From Takakia lepidozioides (taxonomy: Eukaryota > Plantae > Bryophyta), in contig CM060734.1 of NCBI GenBank assembly GCA_030704615.1, positions 27,404,001 through 27,468,000 on the forward strand: a stretch of 64,000 bases of DNA, given 5' to 3'. Position 1 is the stretch's first letter. The number at the start of each line of letters is the position of its first letter. The translations under genes were made by a program, and so were the position numbers. Positions 1-12,699 of the stretch are shown here, piece after piece. Under the pieces are notes generated by a model that was given only the letters and a program-made list of their open reading frames with translations, was not told where the DNA came from and did not search any database.

Positions 1-720
1 TAGTTGGCGGAATGAATCAACGATGATGGGTGAGGAGTTTCTGTGTATTATACATGATAAGATGGATCACTCAAAGACTGCCTTGCCCCGGCTCCTCGTA
101 ACAAACAAGATGACATCTGGTCTAGGTCAGCTACCTATATCCATAACAGGTATGGTGACTCATGGCTATGGTGACGGTGCTTATGCTGGGTTCACCAACG
201 AGTTCTAGCCAAGTGATCCTAACTTGACAATCAGCTCCTTGGCTCATTGTCTTCGCGCTCTTGAGAAGCCCACATGTTGAGAGTCAAGAGAAATTTTCGA
301 TCATCCAATGCAAAACTCATTTTTTGAAACTCTAATGAGAAGAAAGTCTCAATGTGAGAAAGCACTGAATCCTAGGGTATCCCAAGGCCCTGTTTGAGCC
401 AAGCCATTACCCCGTCGACTATACCTGCAAATGGACAATTCTTCAATAGAGAACAAAAATCGTTGGATGCTTGTTTTTTTATCACTCTTGACGGCGAGAG
501 GTATTTTTGAAGAGATCCAGTTTGGATTCTTGATGGTTGGTCACACCCACGAGGACATTGATGCATACTTTAGTTATCTGTCGAAGAAGTTGAAACAAAC
601 GAACACATATATCCTTGCGAATCTCATGCGCCTCTTTATGGAGTCTCAAAACCTCTCGTTTATCCCTCAATTGATACAAGAGGTTGCAGACTTCAAGAAG
701 TTTGTGGCTGGATATATTAT
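1..720 (+). pseudogene. Degraded DDE transposase fragment (DUF7869 / Sola-like)
   Basis: Motifs CIIHDKMDHSKT, RRLYLQMDNSSIENKN and FLMVGHTHEDIDAYFS are spread over ORFs 23-208 and 431-817. In-frame stops, e.g. TAG at 206-208. Confidence 0.65.
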
Positions 721-1752
721 TAGAAGCGGAGGAAGTTGGGATGGCGGAGGTGGCATTGAATTTCAATCTTCTGACGTAGCTGATGCTCAACTTGTGACTG
801 CTGCAGCTGACTTTTGAACAACACCTTCAGTGCTACTACGTATTTGCTCTGCTTATAGAGCCCAAACACAATGTGAGATCCATTGTTGTACTCAGATGAC
901 AGGATGGGAGAGAAGAGAAGGATGTGTAGTGTGAAAAGAGATGGCCCAAAAGCCTAAATTGTGTTACTTATCGAGTTACCATGATCAAAGATTCCTCACC
1001 CTATCCTTACCGCAGTGGAAGAGAAAATAAAGGTAAGGCTACCAGCTCTACCCATCTACCTCTGTCTTGTTTCAGGTGTCATGTTGATTGGTAATTGCAT
1101 ATGCCAACGTGGTGTTTTCTTGTGCTCAAGTCACACTTAGAACATCACGAATGCAGGGTCAGTTATGGTTAAAGAGATTTTCATTTGGTAGTTCATGGGG
1201 TATGTCATTCTCCACACATGTGCTAATATGTTCAACAGCTAAATTGAACTACCCACTTGTCCATTGATCACTCTTCTAGACAGACAAGGCATTTCACATA
1301 CCTTTTCAGGGTTTTTTTTTTTTTTTTTTTTTCCTCTCTCATCTGGTCATGCCACCTTTTTTCCCAAGTTATAAAAGTAGCTCAGATTGTCTCTCCCATC
1401 CCTTGTTGTTCTCTTCTCACAACAAATGAAGATTACACGTATATTAGGCACCCAGACTGTTCGTGATAATTACAAGTCCTTTAGGTTCAGTAAAGCCAAC
1501 TGTTCAGAGAGTGCTTGTCCCTCCCATTCAGCAGATCAATCACTCCATTTCATTGCAGGCACCTCATGGTATTTCCTCTCTCTCACCTGGTCATGCCACC
1601 CTCCCAATGTGATGTATGCATACTTCAGCTCTGAGACTGCCAAGCCGTCACTGGAGGTATGATTTAGAACTCGATGAATAGTCTTCAGCGCCAAGAATGA
1701 TTCAGGATCGATGTCTTTGTAAGTTAGCAAATGCAGGAAAATATGCTTATCT

Positions 1753-2520
1753 TGTTGGAGGATCTCACCAGCAGACGACTCTCAGAACAACGCTACAACT
1801 CGAAACTTCAAGCATGGGAACCTCTCTCCGATCTCAACATAGCATGGGAAAGGGAGCTAATGGGAAAACAAGGATAAATGTGAACCGTTGGATATTGGTT
1901 GATCAAGGGTAGCGATCCCCACTTCCCAAACGGATGAATGACATGGATGAAGAGCAACATTCATGAGGACTTAAAACGGCTCATGTATCAATGTAAGTTG
2001 GTCATGTACCAACTTAAGTTGGTCACGTCCCTGGATGGATGAAAGTTACAGATGGATGAAAATTATGAGGAAGAATGAAAATGGATGAAATCAGCGGACG
2101 GATGAGAGAGCATAGGCTGGATGAATTTATAGGATGGATGCAAAATGGATGACATTACCAGGATGGATGAGATCAGAAGTATGCAGGTTTGCTTGGCCAA
2201 CAAGCTTCCAATTAAATTTAATGATTAATTCCTAATTTTTCTATTGGCCCAACATAAGTATAAAAGGAGGCTTGGGGGAGTGGGAAGCAAGTAGTATCAA
2301 TCGAGAGAGTACCAATGAGCGACTAGCACGATGTAGAGAGCACGGTGGAGGGCAGCCGTTAGAGTTGGAGAGCACAAAGATGGAGATAGAATCAGTAGTA
2401 GTGAGCGATAGACTCGAAGTTACAACTATTTTGTTCCAGATTTGTAATCGTATCTAATTCTTTCCGTTCTGTAATTGAGTGAAGTGATGACTTGATCTGA
2501 TCAACCCTCTCGGAGTGTCA
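1753..2520 (+). mobile_element. Possible solo/degenerate LTR
   Basis: Starts TGTTGG, has GGATGAA-rich repeats and a TATAAAAGG box (~2259). No TSD or partner LTR found, so the boundaries are approximate. Confidence 0.3.
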
Positions 2521-4224
2521 AGTATAACGCTAATATAGACAAGGGCTGGTAGGACATCCAGTTCTTGTTTTGCTTTTCAAGTCCTTGGCTTTACGATTCT
2601 GCTCAGTTGTTGACAAAATATATCTGCTCTAGTGGGGTCTTATTGACCTATTTCCATGCTAGTTTTCTTTTATAGCAGAAAATAAGGATAATTCTCCCAA
2701 TAGAACCTGACATTAGTGAAATCAGAGCCTTGTATCCTCATAAATTAATTTTTGAAATCAGTTTTTCTTACACTGGCACACAATTGCAGATGTTGGGGAC
2801 TTGGTCATTTTTCATGTAGGAAATGGTTCTCATTTCTTTTGTACAAAATCGATCTGCCTTAGAATATGTTCTTGGAAGCTTTCTATGCTAGTTCTTGTTG
2901 ATAACAGAGAATAAGGCTAATACTTCCAATAGGACCTAAGATTAGCCAAATCAGAGCCAGGGAGCATAAAATAGGAAGTTTTGAAAGTAGTTGTTTTTAA
3001 ACTGGAGCAACAAAAGTCTATGGTGTAGAATTATTTTTGGCTGATACGATTTGATCTAGTTACTTCTGCTAGTAAGATATCTGAAAGGAGTCTTTTTTGA
3101 TTCATAAAATTAAGATTACTACAGTACTAGAAGTTTGTAGTTCACGTAATTATTGCTTGGGTTAAGAGATATTAATTTCTAAAGTAGGCAGTATATGCTA
3201 GTAGAATTTGGGAGAAGTCATATCCATGGCACTGATTCTGCAAAGACATATATGTTTGAACAATTTGAGCTTAACCCTTTTTATGGACCTTGATTCACAA
3301 ACTAATTCCAAGATCCTGTTGAGTAAAGCTTAGGTTAGAGCTTCTGTTTTACAGCAAGTGAATTGAAGAATCTAGTAGGGACTTATGAATTTTTGAAAAC
3401 AGGGAATTCTAACTGCCAGGCCATATGAAAGAGTGAGATTTGACTATTGTGTTTAAATAACCAAAAGAAACCCTCTTATAACAACATCTCTAGGTTAGTT
3501 TGATGGTTAGTTTGGTAGTTTACACTTCCGGGGTTGGGTTCAACGCCTATCGGCCGCAACTTATTTAGTTTTGCTTATCTGTTCAGAATCTTTGTAATAG
3601 CCCTATAAGTACTTAGATAGGCAAGTTAGTTTCTTTTATTTTGGTTATATTAATATTGTTTGTTGGGCTGATCTTTTCCTTAGAATGATCTAATTGATTT
3701 TTTTAAATTTTTTAAATTGATTATATATTCTTGACTCACCTAAATTAATGGGTACTAGTAACAACTAAATAAATCAATATCTCTATCTTTTAAACATATA
3801 CATAAAGTTATTCAAAAAAAAAAAGAAATAATAAAGTTGGTTAATTGAAATTAATTTGTTGTTGTTTACTGAATAATTAATATTTACACTAGAATATCTC
3901 TCCTCTAAAATAACCATAACCCTTTATACTGAGGATAATTATACATTCGCATTACTTATTTCTGGACTATTGTTTTCGTAAATACGTCAATGAGTTAGTA
4001 CTAACTGTTGGTTACAAATTACAAATACAAACACTTATAACATAGAAAAATCCACACTAGCAGCACCCTTGGGGCTAGACGGCGCCTTCGGGACCTAACC
4101 TAGTTCTGTCTAACACGAACCCTAAATTAAGTATGCAATCGTTAATGAGGAGCATTAATGGTTGACATTGGGCATAATAGAATGGCCCTTAGGATATTTC
4201 ATTCAAGTCTAATTTCTTAGGTGA

Positions 4225-5000
4225 TAAGTCACTTGTACACTTTCCCATATTTTTTTTATCCATTCATACCGAGTAGTATGTTTACTACACCACTCAACTC
4301 CGTACCCTAAAACCTAATTCCAATGTCTGATGCTATTTATTGCTTCCAGTTTTGGGTGCGGTCGAAGTGGTGGGGATATTTCGTGAATTGTTGTACGACC
4401 TCCATGTAAAGACTCACATTCCATAATTGTTTGTCCATTTATAGTTCTCTAAACCCTAAACCCCAAGCCCTTAAACGTAACTCCATTGTTTGTTGCGCAT
4501 TCTTCATAGATTAGATACAATCTGTGGTTGGGAAATTTTATTCCCTAAACCCTAAATCATAGTTGACAAGTCATTTGTACCCTTCCCCATATTTGTTTTC
4601 CATTCATACCGAGTATCATGTTTAGTACCATCGCAAACTCTATACCCTAAAACCTAATTTCAATGTTTGATGCTTATTTAATTTATTACTTCCAATTCTG
4701 GGTACGGTCGAAGTGGTGGGAACAATATTTCATGAATTGTTCTACGTCCATGTAAAGACTCAGACTCCACAATTGTTTGTCCATTTACAGTTTTCTAAAA
4801 CCCTAAACCCTAAACCAAATTCCACTGTTTGATTCACATTCCTCATAGAAATTTGGATACAATTTGTGGTTGGGATATTTCATTAACAAATTTTCATAGG
4901 CGACAAGTCATCTGTACACTTTCCCACATTTTCTTTTCCATTCATAACAAGTAATATGTTTTGTACCTTAGCAAACTCTATACCCTAAAACCTAATTCCA
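4225..5000. repeat. Degenerate tandem repeat, ~340-bp unit, ~2.3 copies, with embedded CCCTAAA motifs
   Basis: The block AAGTCA.TTGTAC...CCATTCATA...CCCTAAAACCTAATT recurs at ~4225, ~4566 and ~4902. Confidence 0.75.
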
Positions 5001-5430
5001 GCTTGGTTCAATGACTTTATAGCTGAATCTACATGACACTCTTCCACAATATTTGGTTGTCATATGAACCTTTGTGAATGATCCCTAAATATTTTGAAAC
5101 ATAACTCACATGTTTCATTGACATCCAACCTTATTCCATTCAACGTTTTAATCCATCAATTGAAAACTTGCAATACATTGGTTCATGGTACTACTATACT
5201 TTAAGCATGGTATGGATGTTTACTTTTCATTTGTATATTATCTTCTTGAATCATCTGTTTATGTCATATATCTATCAATTTATTAATAACTTCATTCAAT
5301 CGATCTTATATTTATAATTTTCTCATGCAAAGTACGTCATTCGACTTACCATTCGATGTTACATGAATGGAATTGAGCAACTTCACAAGTTAAATGACTC
5401 GATATTCCATGATATTATTATTAATACATG

Positions 5431-6093
5431 AATTAATGCTTCTCATTTAACAATAATAGGGTCATAAGTGCCCGCGCGTGTGGCTGCGGCGGGGCCCGCG
5501 TGTGGCAGAGGGGGTCGCGGATGGTAGGAGCGCCCCTACCCGGACCCGGCCAGTCTGCTGCTGGGTCTGCCCGGCAAGCTGGTCTGCTGGGGCCCACAAT
5601 ATGCACATAAAGCATTAGTTATTGCAAGGGTTTGTAGAAAGTGGTGGGTAGTATGGTGGTTAAGAGCAATGAATAATAAACACAAGGTGTGGTGTTCAAA
5701 TCTTGTCAAGTTGTAATGCGGCAGTAATGTGTGTTATTAAATATATATTTTGTCGAAGGGTCTTGAGGTCTGCTCAAGCCGGGGGTCTGCCCAGTTTGCT
5801 CGGTCTGTTTGGAGGGTCTGCCAGTCTGCTGGAGGGGGGTCTGCCCGGTCTATTGGAGGCTTGGAGGGTCTGCCTGCCTGTCTGCTAGAAGGTTGGAGTC
5901 GGTCTGTTGGAGGGTCTGCGCAGTCCGCTAGAAGGTCCGCCACGGTAGATGAACAAGGACTTAGATATTTCAGAATCTGGCAGACCCGGTGAATGGGCGG
6001 TGGGCTTATGAGCTCACCCCAAGGGCCGTACTGGCGGGGCCCGCCCATGCATTCGTGACCCTATTATTAAAAAAATGAGAGGCTGAATTAATT
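5431..6093. mobile_element. Non-autonomous TIR element (MITE-like) with GC-rich GGTCTGC internal repeats
   Basis: AATAATAGGGTCA (5452-5464) pairs with TGACCCTATTATT (6056-6068). The inverted repeat extends imperfectly outward via TCTCATTT/AAATGAGA. No coding capacity. Confidence 0.65.
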
Positions 6094-6095
6094 AT

Positions 6096-6509
6096 GTAGC
6101 CTCTAGGATACTGTCCGCAAACCAAAAGTTGAGTTCCTGTAACTGCCGACTCCTTGTCAGAAACTTCAAAGGTATAATCCACAGGGTAGTCTGGCAGACA
6201 ATGCCAACGCGTACTAACGGAATCAAACGTCCACCACTTCCGTACACTTATGAGAGGCTGTACATTGTGTGCAGGTCAAGCCAGCATGTAAACCCATTCC
6301 TCCTTGATCACTACCCGTTTGCAAGTCTCAAAGATGTCGTTGCAACCTTCGTCATCAACCACCGCTAGTGCATTCTGCCATTTCTTACAACCACCTTTCA
6401 GCGGTAAATAATAAGAGCGAGGCATCCGTGCAACGCATTCTAGTGTCACATGGTCTGTCAATCCCGGAATCAAGGAGTTGTCCTTCGACTGGTCTTCTGG
6501 CTCTGCCAT
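6096..6509 (-). pseudogene. F-box/kelch-repeat protein (SKIP11-like) pseudogene, 5' part
   Basis: F-box LIPGLTDHVTLECVARMPR, then EEWVY. After an in-frame TGA (6276-6278) the frame continues WWTFDSVSTRWHCLPDYP..SDKESAVTGTQLLVCG and stops at the TIR element. Confidence 0.8.
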
Positions 6510-7564
6510 TGCTAGAATTCCATTTTATTTATGATTTCTTACTATGATTTCGTACTAAACTTCATAAAATATATATTAATGTACATAAAATGTGCTATTC
6601 TAAATTATGATCCGAAAAATTGATCGACACCCAACCTTGTAACCCTTGAAGAATACGCATCAAACATTCGAATTAGGTTTAAGGAATATGGTTTACCGTT
6701 TAAAGTGAGGACAATGTAAGGACTTAGATGTAAATGGTAGTTGGAGAAGGAAGGTATTGACATCAGAAAAAAGATGATTGGCATAGATGATTGGCAAAAT
6801 TAATTTTATGAGTAATATACTAGTTCTTGGTACTATTAGTACCAAGCTCAAATAAATGATTAAGTTAAATATGAATGGGCCCAGAAGTATTGTCTTTAGA
6901 AGGTCATAATAAGATAAACAAACCCGAGATAAATTGACCTAAGATGACACGGAATGTCGGGTGGCAAAGCGAGGTTCAGGACTGGTTAGTGACGAAGAAA
7001 ATTAAGAAGAATCTTAAGATAATCCGAAAAGGCAATGAGGGAAATGTAACTCTGTACTTGGAGCCGGACTTACAGAAAACTACTGACTAGTAATGGGAGA
7101 AGATTCATAAGATTCACAAGCAGTAAACCGCGAGAAAGCCTATCCATTGAAGCAACAACTTTCACAAATTGCCACGCGGTTTACACTTAGGACGTTTTTT
7201 AGACCAATCATACTCTGCCCAATAATACGACCATATGGACCGAGAATGAAGGACATGGGCGAATTTGTTGAGGAGAAGACACTTTGATGAGAACCAAAAG
7301 AAATTGGTGTAATGTGAGAGAGGAACTGCAAAGAGAAGGAAGCAGTGACATCAGAAAAACTAGGAACTCCGGATGATCACTCGAGGTTCCTGAAATGTTA
7401 CAGAGATGAGGTCCGGAAAAAAGCTGGTGACTGGCAAAGAAGATAGATTTATATTTGAACACGTGAAGAGAAACAAATGGAGAGTGGAGGTAAAACATAA
7501 GTTTTATTCTTGAAAACATGCCGAGGAGTGAACCTCCACAATATGTCCTTGTCAACCTTGTTCT

Positions 7565-7930
7565 CCGCCTGAGGTTACTGGTCGTAAGGTTCTATTATCG
7601 GGTTATTGGTGGCCCACTCTGTTCAAGGATGCTTTTGCTTATGTGCGTTGTTGCGATGTTTGTCAGCGTTTGGGTAAGCCTGTGCGATCGAGCTCGATGT
7701 CGCTCATCCCCATTCTGGCTCAAGCTCCCTTTGAAAAATGGGGCATTGATTTTGTTGGTCCTATTGCTCATGCTTCCCGCAATGGTCAAAAGCGCTATAT
7801 TCGTGTTGCTACTGAATACGTTACTAAATGGGCAGAAACAATGGCCAGTCGTACTGATACGGCTAAGGTAGTTGCTCAATTCTTATACGAAAATATCATT
7901 ACTCGATTTGGTTGCCCCCGTGAATTGGAC
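7565..7930 (+). mobile_element. Ty3/Gypsy integrase fragment
   Basis: GYWWPTLFKDA..CDVCQR (Zn-binding end) and [29 protein letters not shown] (rve core start). Truncated. Confidence 0.9.
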
Positions 7931-8305
7931 ACATTTTATCATGTTTCAATTTGCGGGAGAATTGGAAATGAGGGAGCCGTGGACTCTTCCAGCTGTGTCT
8001 GCGGGGTAGGCTCATTTAGGGTTCTGAGATTGACATGTATGAGGAGTTGTAGGTCAACTCAGGGCAGACTTAGGGGTCCTACTTGGTACGTGTATGGTCA
8101 GATTTTCTAGAGGTCGTCATCCTTGCAGGGAAAGTTTTGGGGAATTCCGCTTTGGGAGGCAGCTACTTGTGGGCCCACACATGGCCTGATTTTGGTAATT
8201 TTTGGGGACTTTGATAATTCATACATAATACATCCGTGATTGGAAAATTATGTGCTTTGCGCAAGTGATTGTTAGTTCATTTGCTATTCTGCTCATATAA
8301 TTTTT

Positions 8306-11100
8306 GTGACAATGCATCCTTTGGAGCAGTGCACACGGCTTAAAAGCACACTTCTAGGCACCACTACCTTAGTGCGGGTACCTGTAGCAAATCCAACACC
8401 AGCCTCAGTCCCTGGTCCTGAAGACGAGGAAGTAAGTGGAGAGACTAGCACTCCCAGAAATGCAGTTTTTCCGACAGGAAGAAATGGTGGCGAGCCGAGC
8501 TCTCGTTCCAAGATACTTGGCCATTTCTATAAAGGCAGGATATCATTAACTCCCATGGATTTAATTATGACTGTGCCAGGAGAGTTGGAGAAGCTCAAGG
8601 GGCCAGTGAAGGTGGTGGAACGTGCCCCTAACACAACAAAAGGAGAACACTGCGGCTCTCTCTCGGCGTGTGCACCAGTCACACAGGCAAAGGAGTTGTC
8701 TGGGCAGCAAAGTGCCGTTTCATACACAGGGAAGGTAAAGGCACTACATGCAATGGTCTCTGTGGGCGCCGATCATCAGATCCTGGGACAAGTCGACAAA
8801 GGTGCCATGTTATCAGTCATGTCTGCAAGCACAGTGAGAGACTTGGGGTTGATGAGTTGTGTTGCCACAGATAAGGTTATCACTTACCGTGTAGCATCAG
8901 GTGTTGTGGAAACAGCAATGGGGAGACTAGAGGATCTCAAAGTCACGGTAGGAAAACTTACTAACCGAATGTCGTTCATTGTTGTTAACACTGATACCTA
9001 CCACCTGCTTCTGGGATTGGATTTCCTCAAAAAGTTTGGAGCAGCCGTTGATACGGAAACTGAAACCATCCGCATAAGATATGGCCCTGGGAAGGATGTT
9101 GCATATTTTCCCTTGCACACTATCAATCAGTGTGAAGCTGCGAAGGTAAACAAGAGTGAGGTTGCGAAGAAGCATAACCCAGGTGACATCTACATCGTGG
9201 GGAATGAAGCTCTCCTGGAACATGTGGATGAGACAAGTGACGCCATGGACTCAGATCCTGATGAGACAAGCAGCTGTAGCTCCAAATCCAACAGTCAAGA
9301 AGAAAGGGGAGATAACGCGGAGGGCAGGAGCGACCCAGTTGATTATCAAACCAGTCTGGATGAGATTGAGAATCTCGTGGAGGAAGTAAAGCTGAGCGAT
9401 GAAAGACCAGGGTATGATAGAAATGTTAAGAGGAGAGACGCAGAAAGGAATGGTCGCCGCACTCCTACGGGATGCTTGTGGCAAGGGGAGTTGGATAACA
9501 ACTATAATGATCTGGAGGATGATTTTTGGATTGGAACAGGACAATGCACTTCGAGGATCAGACAAGACGAGCATACCTGGTAAACAGCATTGAGAAGGGT
9601 GATTCCGAACGAGAACAAACAGAAAATGCAGAGGTACGATGGCAGAGCATTCTGGCAAGGCTGAAGATAAACCAAAATATCTCTGAACCACAACGCAAGC
9701 AGTTGGTGGAGCTGCTTAGGAAGAACCAGGACTGTTTTGCTCTAACCAAAGCAGACCTAGGCTATTGCACGATTGTGGAACATTGGTGGATACGCAAGGT
9801 TTTCCCCCATGCCGCATCCATCCGAGCAGATTATCTGACTGGGAAGAAGGAGAGGTACAGCGTCAGATCGAGACATTGATCAGCCAAGGTAAGATCCGAC
9901 CAAGTAAATCAGAGTACTCTTGTCATGTAAGTCTGCCACCCAAGAAGGATGGCACCAAGCGTTTTTGTGGCGATTGTAGACCACTAAACAACCTGACCAG
10001 ACAGGATTCATATCCCATGCCTCTGATTCATGACATGCTAGGAGCAGCATGTTGGTCCTCAGCCCTAGACCTGCAAAGTGGTTTTTGGCAGATCAAGGTA
10101 AATGATGAGGATGTCAAGAAGACTGCGATTATTACCAAACATGGTCTGTATGAGTGGCTAGTCATGCCGTTTGGCTTGCGCAATGCCACTGCTACATTCC
10201 AAAGAGCTATGAACGTAATTTTAGAGGAGGAAATCAGGGATTGTGCGAAAGTCTTTGTTGATGACATCAACATTCACAGTCAGGATCGGAATTCTCACCT
10301 GCAGCACTTAGAAAGAGTATTCTGTAAGCTGCGAGCAGCGAACCTCCGACTGAATCCTGACAAGTGTACATTTGGGAATAGCCAACTCATTTTCTTGGGG
10401 CACATTGTGTCCAGCGAAGGGGTAAGGTCAGATCCTGCGAAAGTTGCAGCGATTGACCAATTCCCTCTTCCGAAAAGTCCTACTGCTGTCAGGGTGTTCA
10501 TGGGCATGTCAAACTACTGTAGGATATATGTCCGGGGTTTCTCTATGATTGTTGTTCCGCTTTTCGAACTGACAAAGAAGGATGCTAAGTTTGCTTGGTC
10601 AGCTCAATCACAGACTGCATTTGAGACACTGAAGGTGAAATTGTTAAGTGCCCCAATCCTAGGACGACCGGACTTTGGCAAACCATTTATACTAGATGTC
10701 GATTGGTCTGGAAAAGGGGTGGGAGAAATACTAGCTCAGTCGAAGGAAGACCGCATGGAGATTTCATTGCATATGCCAGTAAGGGACTGTCCGATGCACA
10801 GAAGAAGTACCATCCCATGGAAGGTGAGTGTTACGCACTTGTGTGGGGGATATTACATTTTCGGCAATATTTGTATGGTACCCCTTTTCTGGTTAGAACA
10901 AACCACAAGCCCTTGGAGTGGTTAGCCTCAGTAAGTGATGCTTATGGTAGAGGTGAGAGATGGATAATGATGTTACAGGACTTTGAGTTTAAAATTTGTG
11001 CACAGACCTGGACTACGACACTCCAATGTGGATGCTCTGAGTAGATACCCAGTGGGTGAGGCAGAGGAAACTGAGGACCTAGAAATCAATTCCACTGCAT
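8306..11100 (+). mobile_element. Degraded Ty3/Gypsy protease-RT-RNaseH
   Basis: Protease-like VDKGA...LLGLDFL; RT RFCGDCRPLN, LDLQSGFWQ, MPFGLRNA, FVDD; RNaseH ILDVDWS, EGECYA, NHKPL, DALSR. Several frameshifts. Confidence 0.9.
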
Positions 11101-11692
11101 ATTGCCAGACCAAGAGAGAGGGAAGAACTAGGGGTGGAGCCTTGCTTCTCAGAATCTATGTGGAAAAATAGTGCAGCAAGGGCTGAATTACATAGGTACG
11201 AGAGAGGTCAGGAAGTAGCAATAGCAAGCACGATGAAGGAAGTGGAGTTCGAATGTGACCATGATGGTCTGTCTTGCAAGCGAGAGGACTATTTCATATG
11301 TGTGTGGGCATTCTGGTTTTTCAGAAAGGAGTTGAAGGTAACCACTTTTCAGTTGAAACAGGTCTGGATCCCTATTGGTGGCTGTTGTCACCCTATCACC
11401 AGGGGACAGATCTTCTGGCTGACTTCTCTTTTGAATTTATAAGCACCAATGCGACAGACCAGGGGAGGACTGTGAGAAGAAAGGGATACTGCGCGGGTCT
11501 AGATCAGCCTTTTCAATGCCAGCAATGGAAAACAAGAGGGTTGGTTTTGCAGCTACATCTCTTGATGGGGGGGCAATAGATGAGATGGCAGGAGGTCTTG
11601 ACTGGTCCAGTAATGTTCAGATACAAGGGAATTATCAGCGCTGTTCAGATAATGAGCCACAGACGAGAGGGTGAGGCTGAGTCTAGCTATAA

Positions 11693-11740
11693 TTTAGGGT
11701 TTAGGGTTAGGGTTTAGGGTAAACCCTAAACCCTAAACCC
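11693..11740. repeat. Head-to-head interstitial telomeric repeat (TTTAGGG)n-(CCCTAAA)n
   Basis: TTTAGGGTTTAGGGTTAGGGTTTAGGGT is followed directly by AAACCCTAAACCCTAAACCC. Confidence 0.85.
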
Positions 11741-11908
11741 ACCATACATGTTGTTCAGACCAGGAACAGGATTGGCAGCAAAAATGGAGTACTCATTCTC
11801 CTAACAAAGGGTACACCAGACAGCAGTAAGGAAGGGCATTCACCGGAGAGCAACCATGAACCCTGGGCAGATTACTCCAGGGAAAGCGAAAAGAGTGTTG
11901 AAGAGTAC

Positions 11909-12699
11909 TCAATCTATCGGTTTCCTTCACTCATCCATTCAATCCACAGCTTCACTCAGATCTCTCTACACAGTGTGATTGTATCGTGTAAGTATCAGAT
12001 TATGATTTATCAGGTATCAGGCCGAAGCCATTATGTCTCTAATCTGCTCTACAATATCACTACCGCTTTGCATATAACAAGCATCTACTAATCCTCTTTC
12101 CTCCTTCACCGTGCTCTCCATCTTTTGCTTCCGAGCTCCCGCCTGACTAAGAAGTCCTCCTCCGAATAATGATCCCCCTCCATTCCCCCGTTTTTCCCTT
12201 TATCTTCCTATCCGCAGTTCTAACCGTTTCCCTCACTAACCGTCGTCTGTGAACTAACATGTTCCCTTCGCAGGTGTTGTTCCCCACAGTCGTTCCCTGT
12301 CCTACTCTTCGTTCCCTATGATCGTGACAGCTCTGTCAAGCTGTGACTGGCTGTGTGAAACTGTGACGGGCTGTGACTGGCTGTGCGACTGTGTTTGGCT
12401 GTGTTGGCTGTGTGGGCTGTGACGACTGTGACGGGCTGTGTTGGCTGTGTTGGCTGTGTTGGCTGTGACGACTGTGACGGCTGTGTGGGCTGTGTGGGCT
12501 GTGACGACTGTGACAGCTGTGTGGGCTGTGTGGGCTGTGTGGGTTGTGACGACTGTGGCGGGCTGTGATGACTGTGTAACCCCCCTCTACAGTGCGCTGC
12601 TGTCACCCCTAAGGCTCCTGTTGGTCTCAGTCTGTGCAAAAATTAAGGGTACCCTACAGATCCCGTATAAGTGTCTAAGTCCCCTACAGTCCTCTAACA
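11909..12699 (-). mobile_element. Truncated LTR of the Athila-like family
   Basis: Nearly identical to 14506-15289, ends CCTCTAACA, contains the GGCTGTG minisatellite. Confidence 0.9.

Noticed and set aside
4070-4105. Helitron 3' end (GC hairpin + CTAG)
   Set aside because: The hairpin is imperfect, and no 5' end or Rep/helicase sequence is visible.
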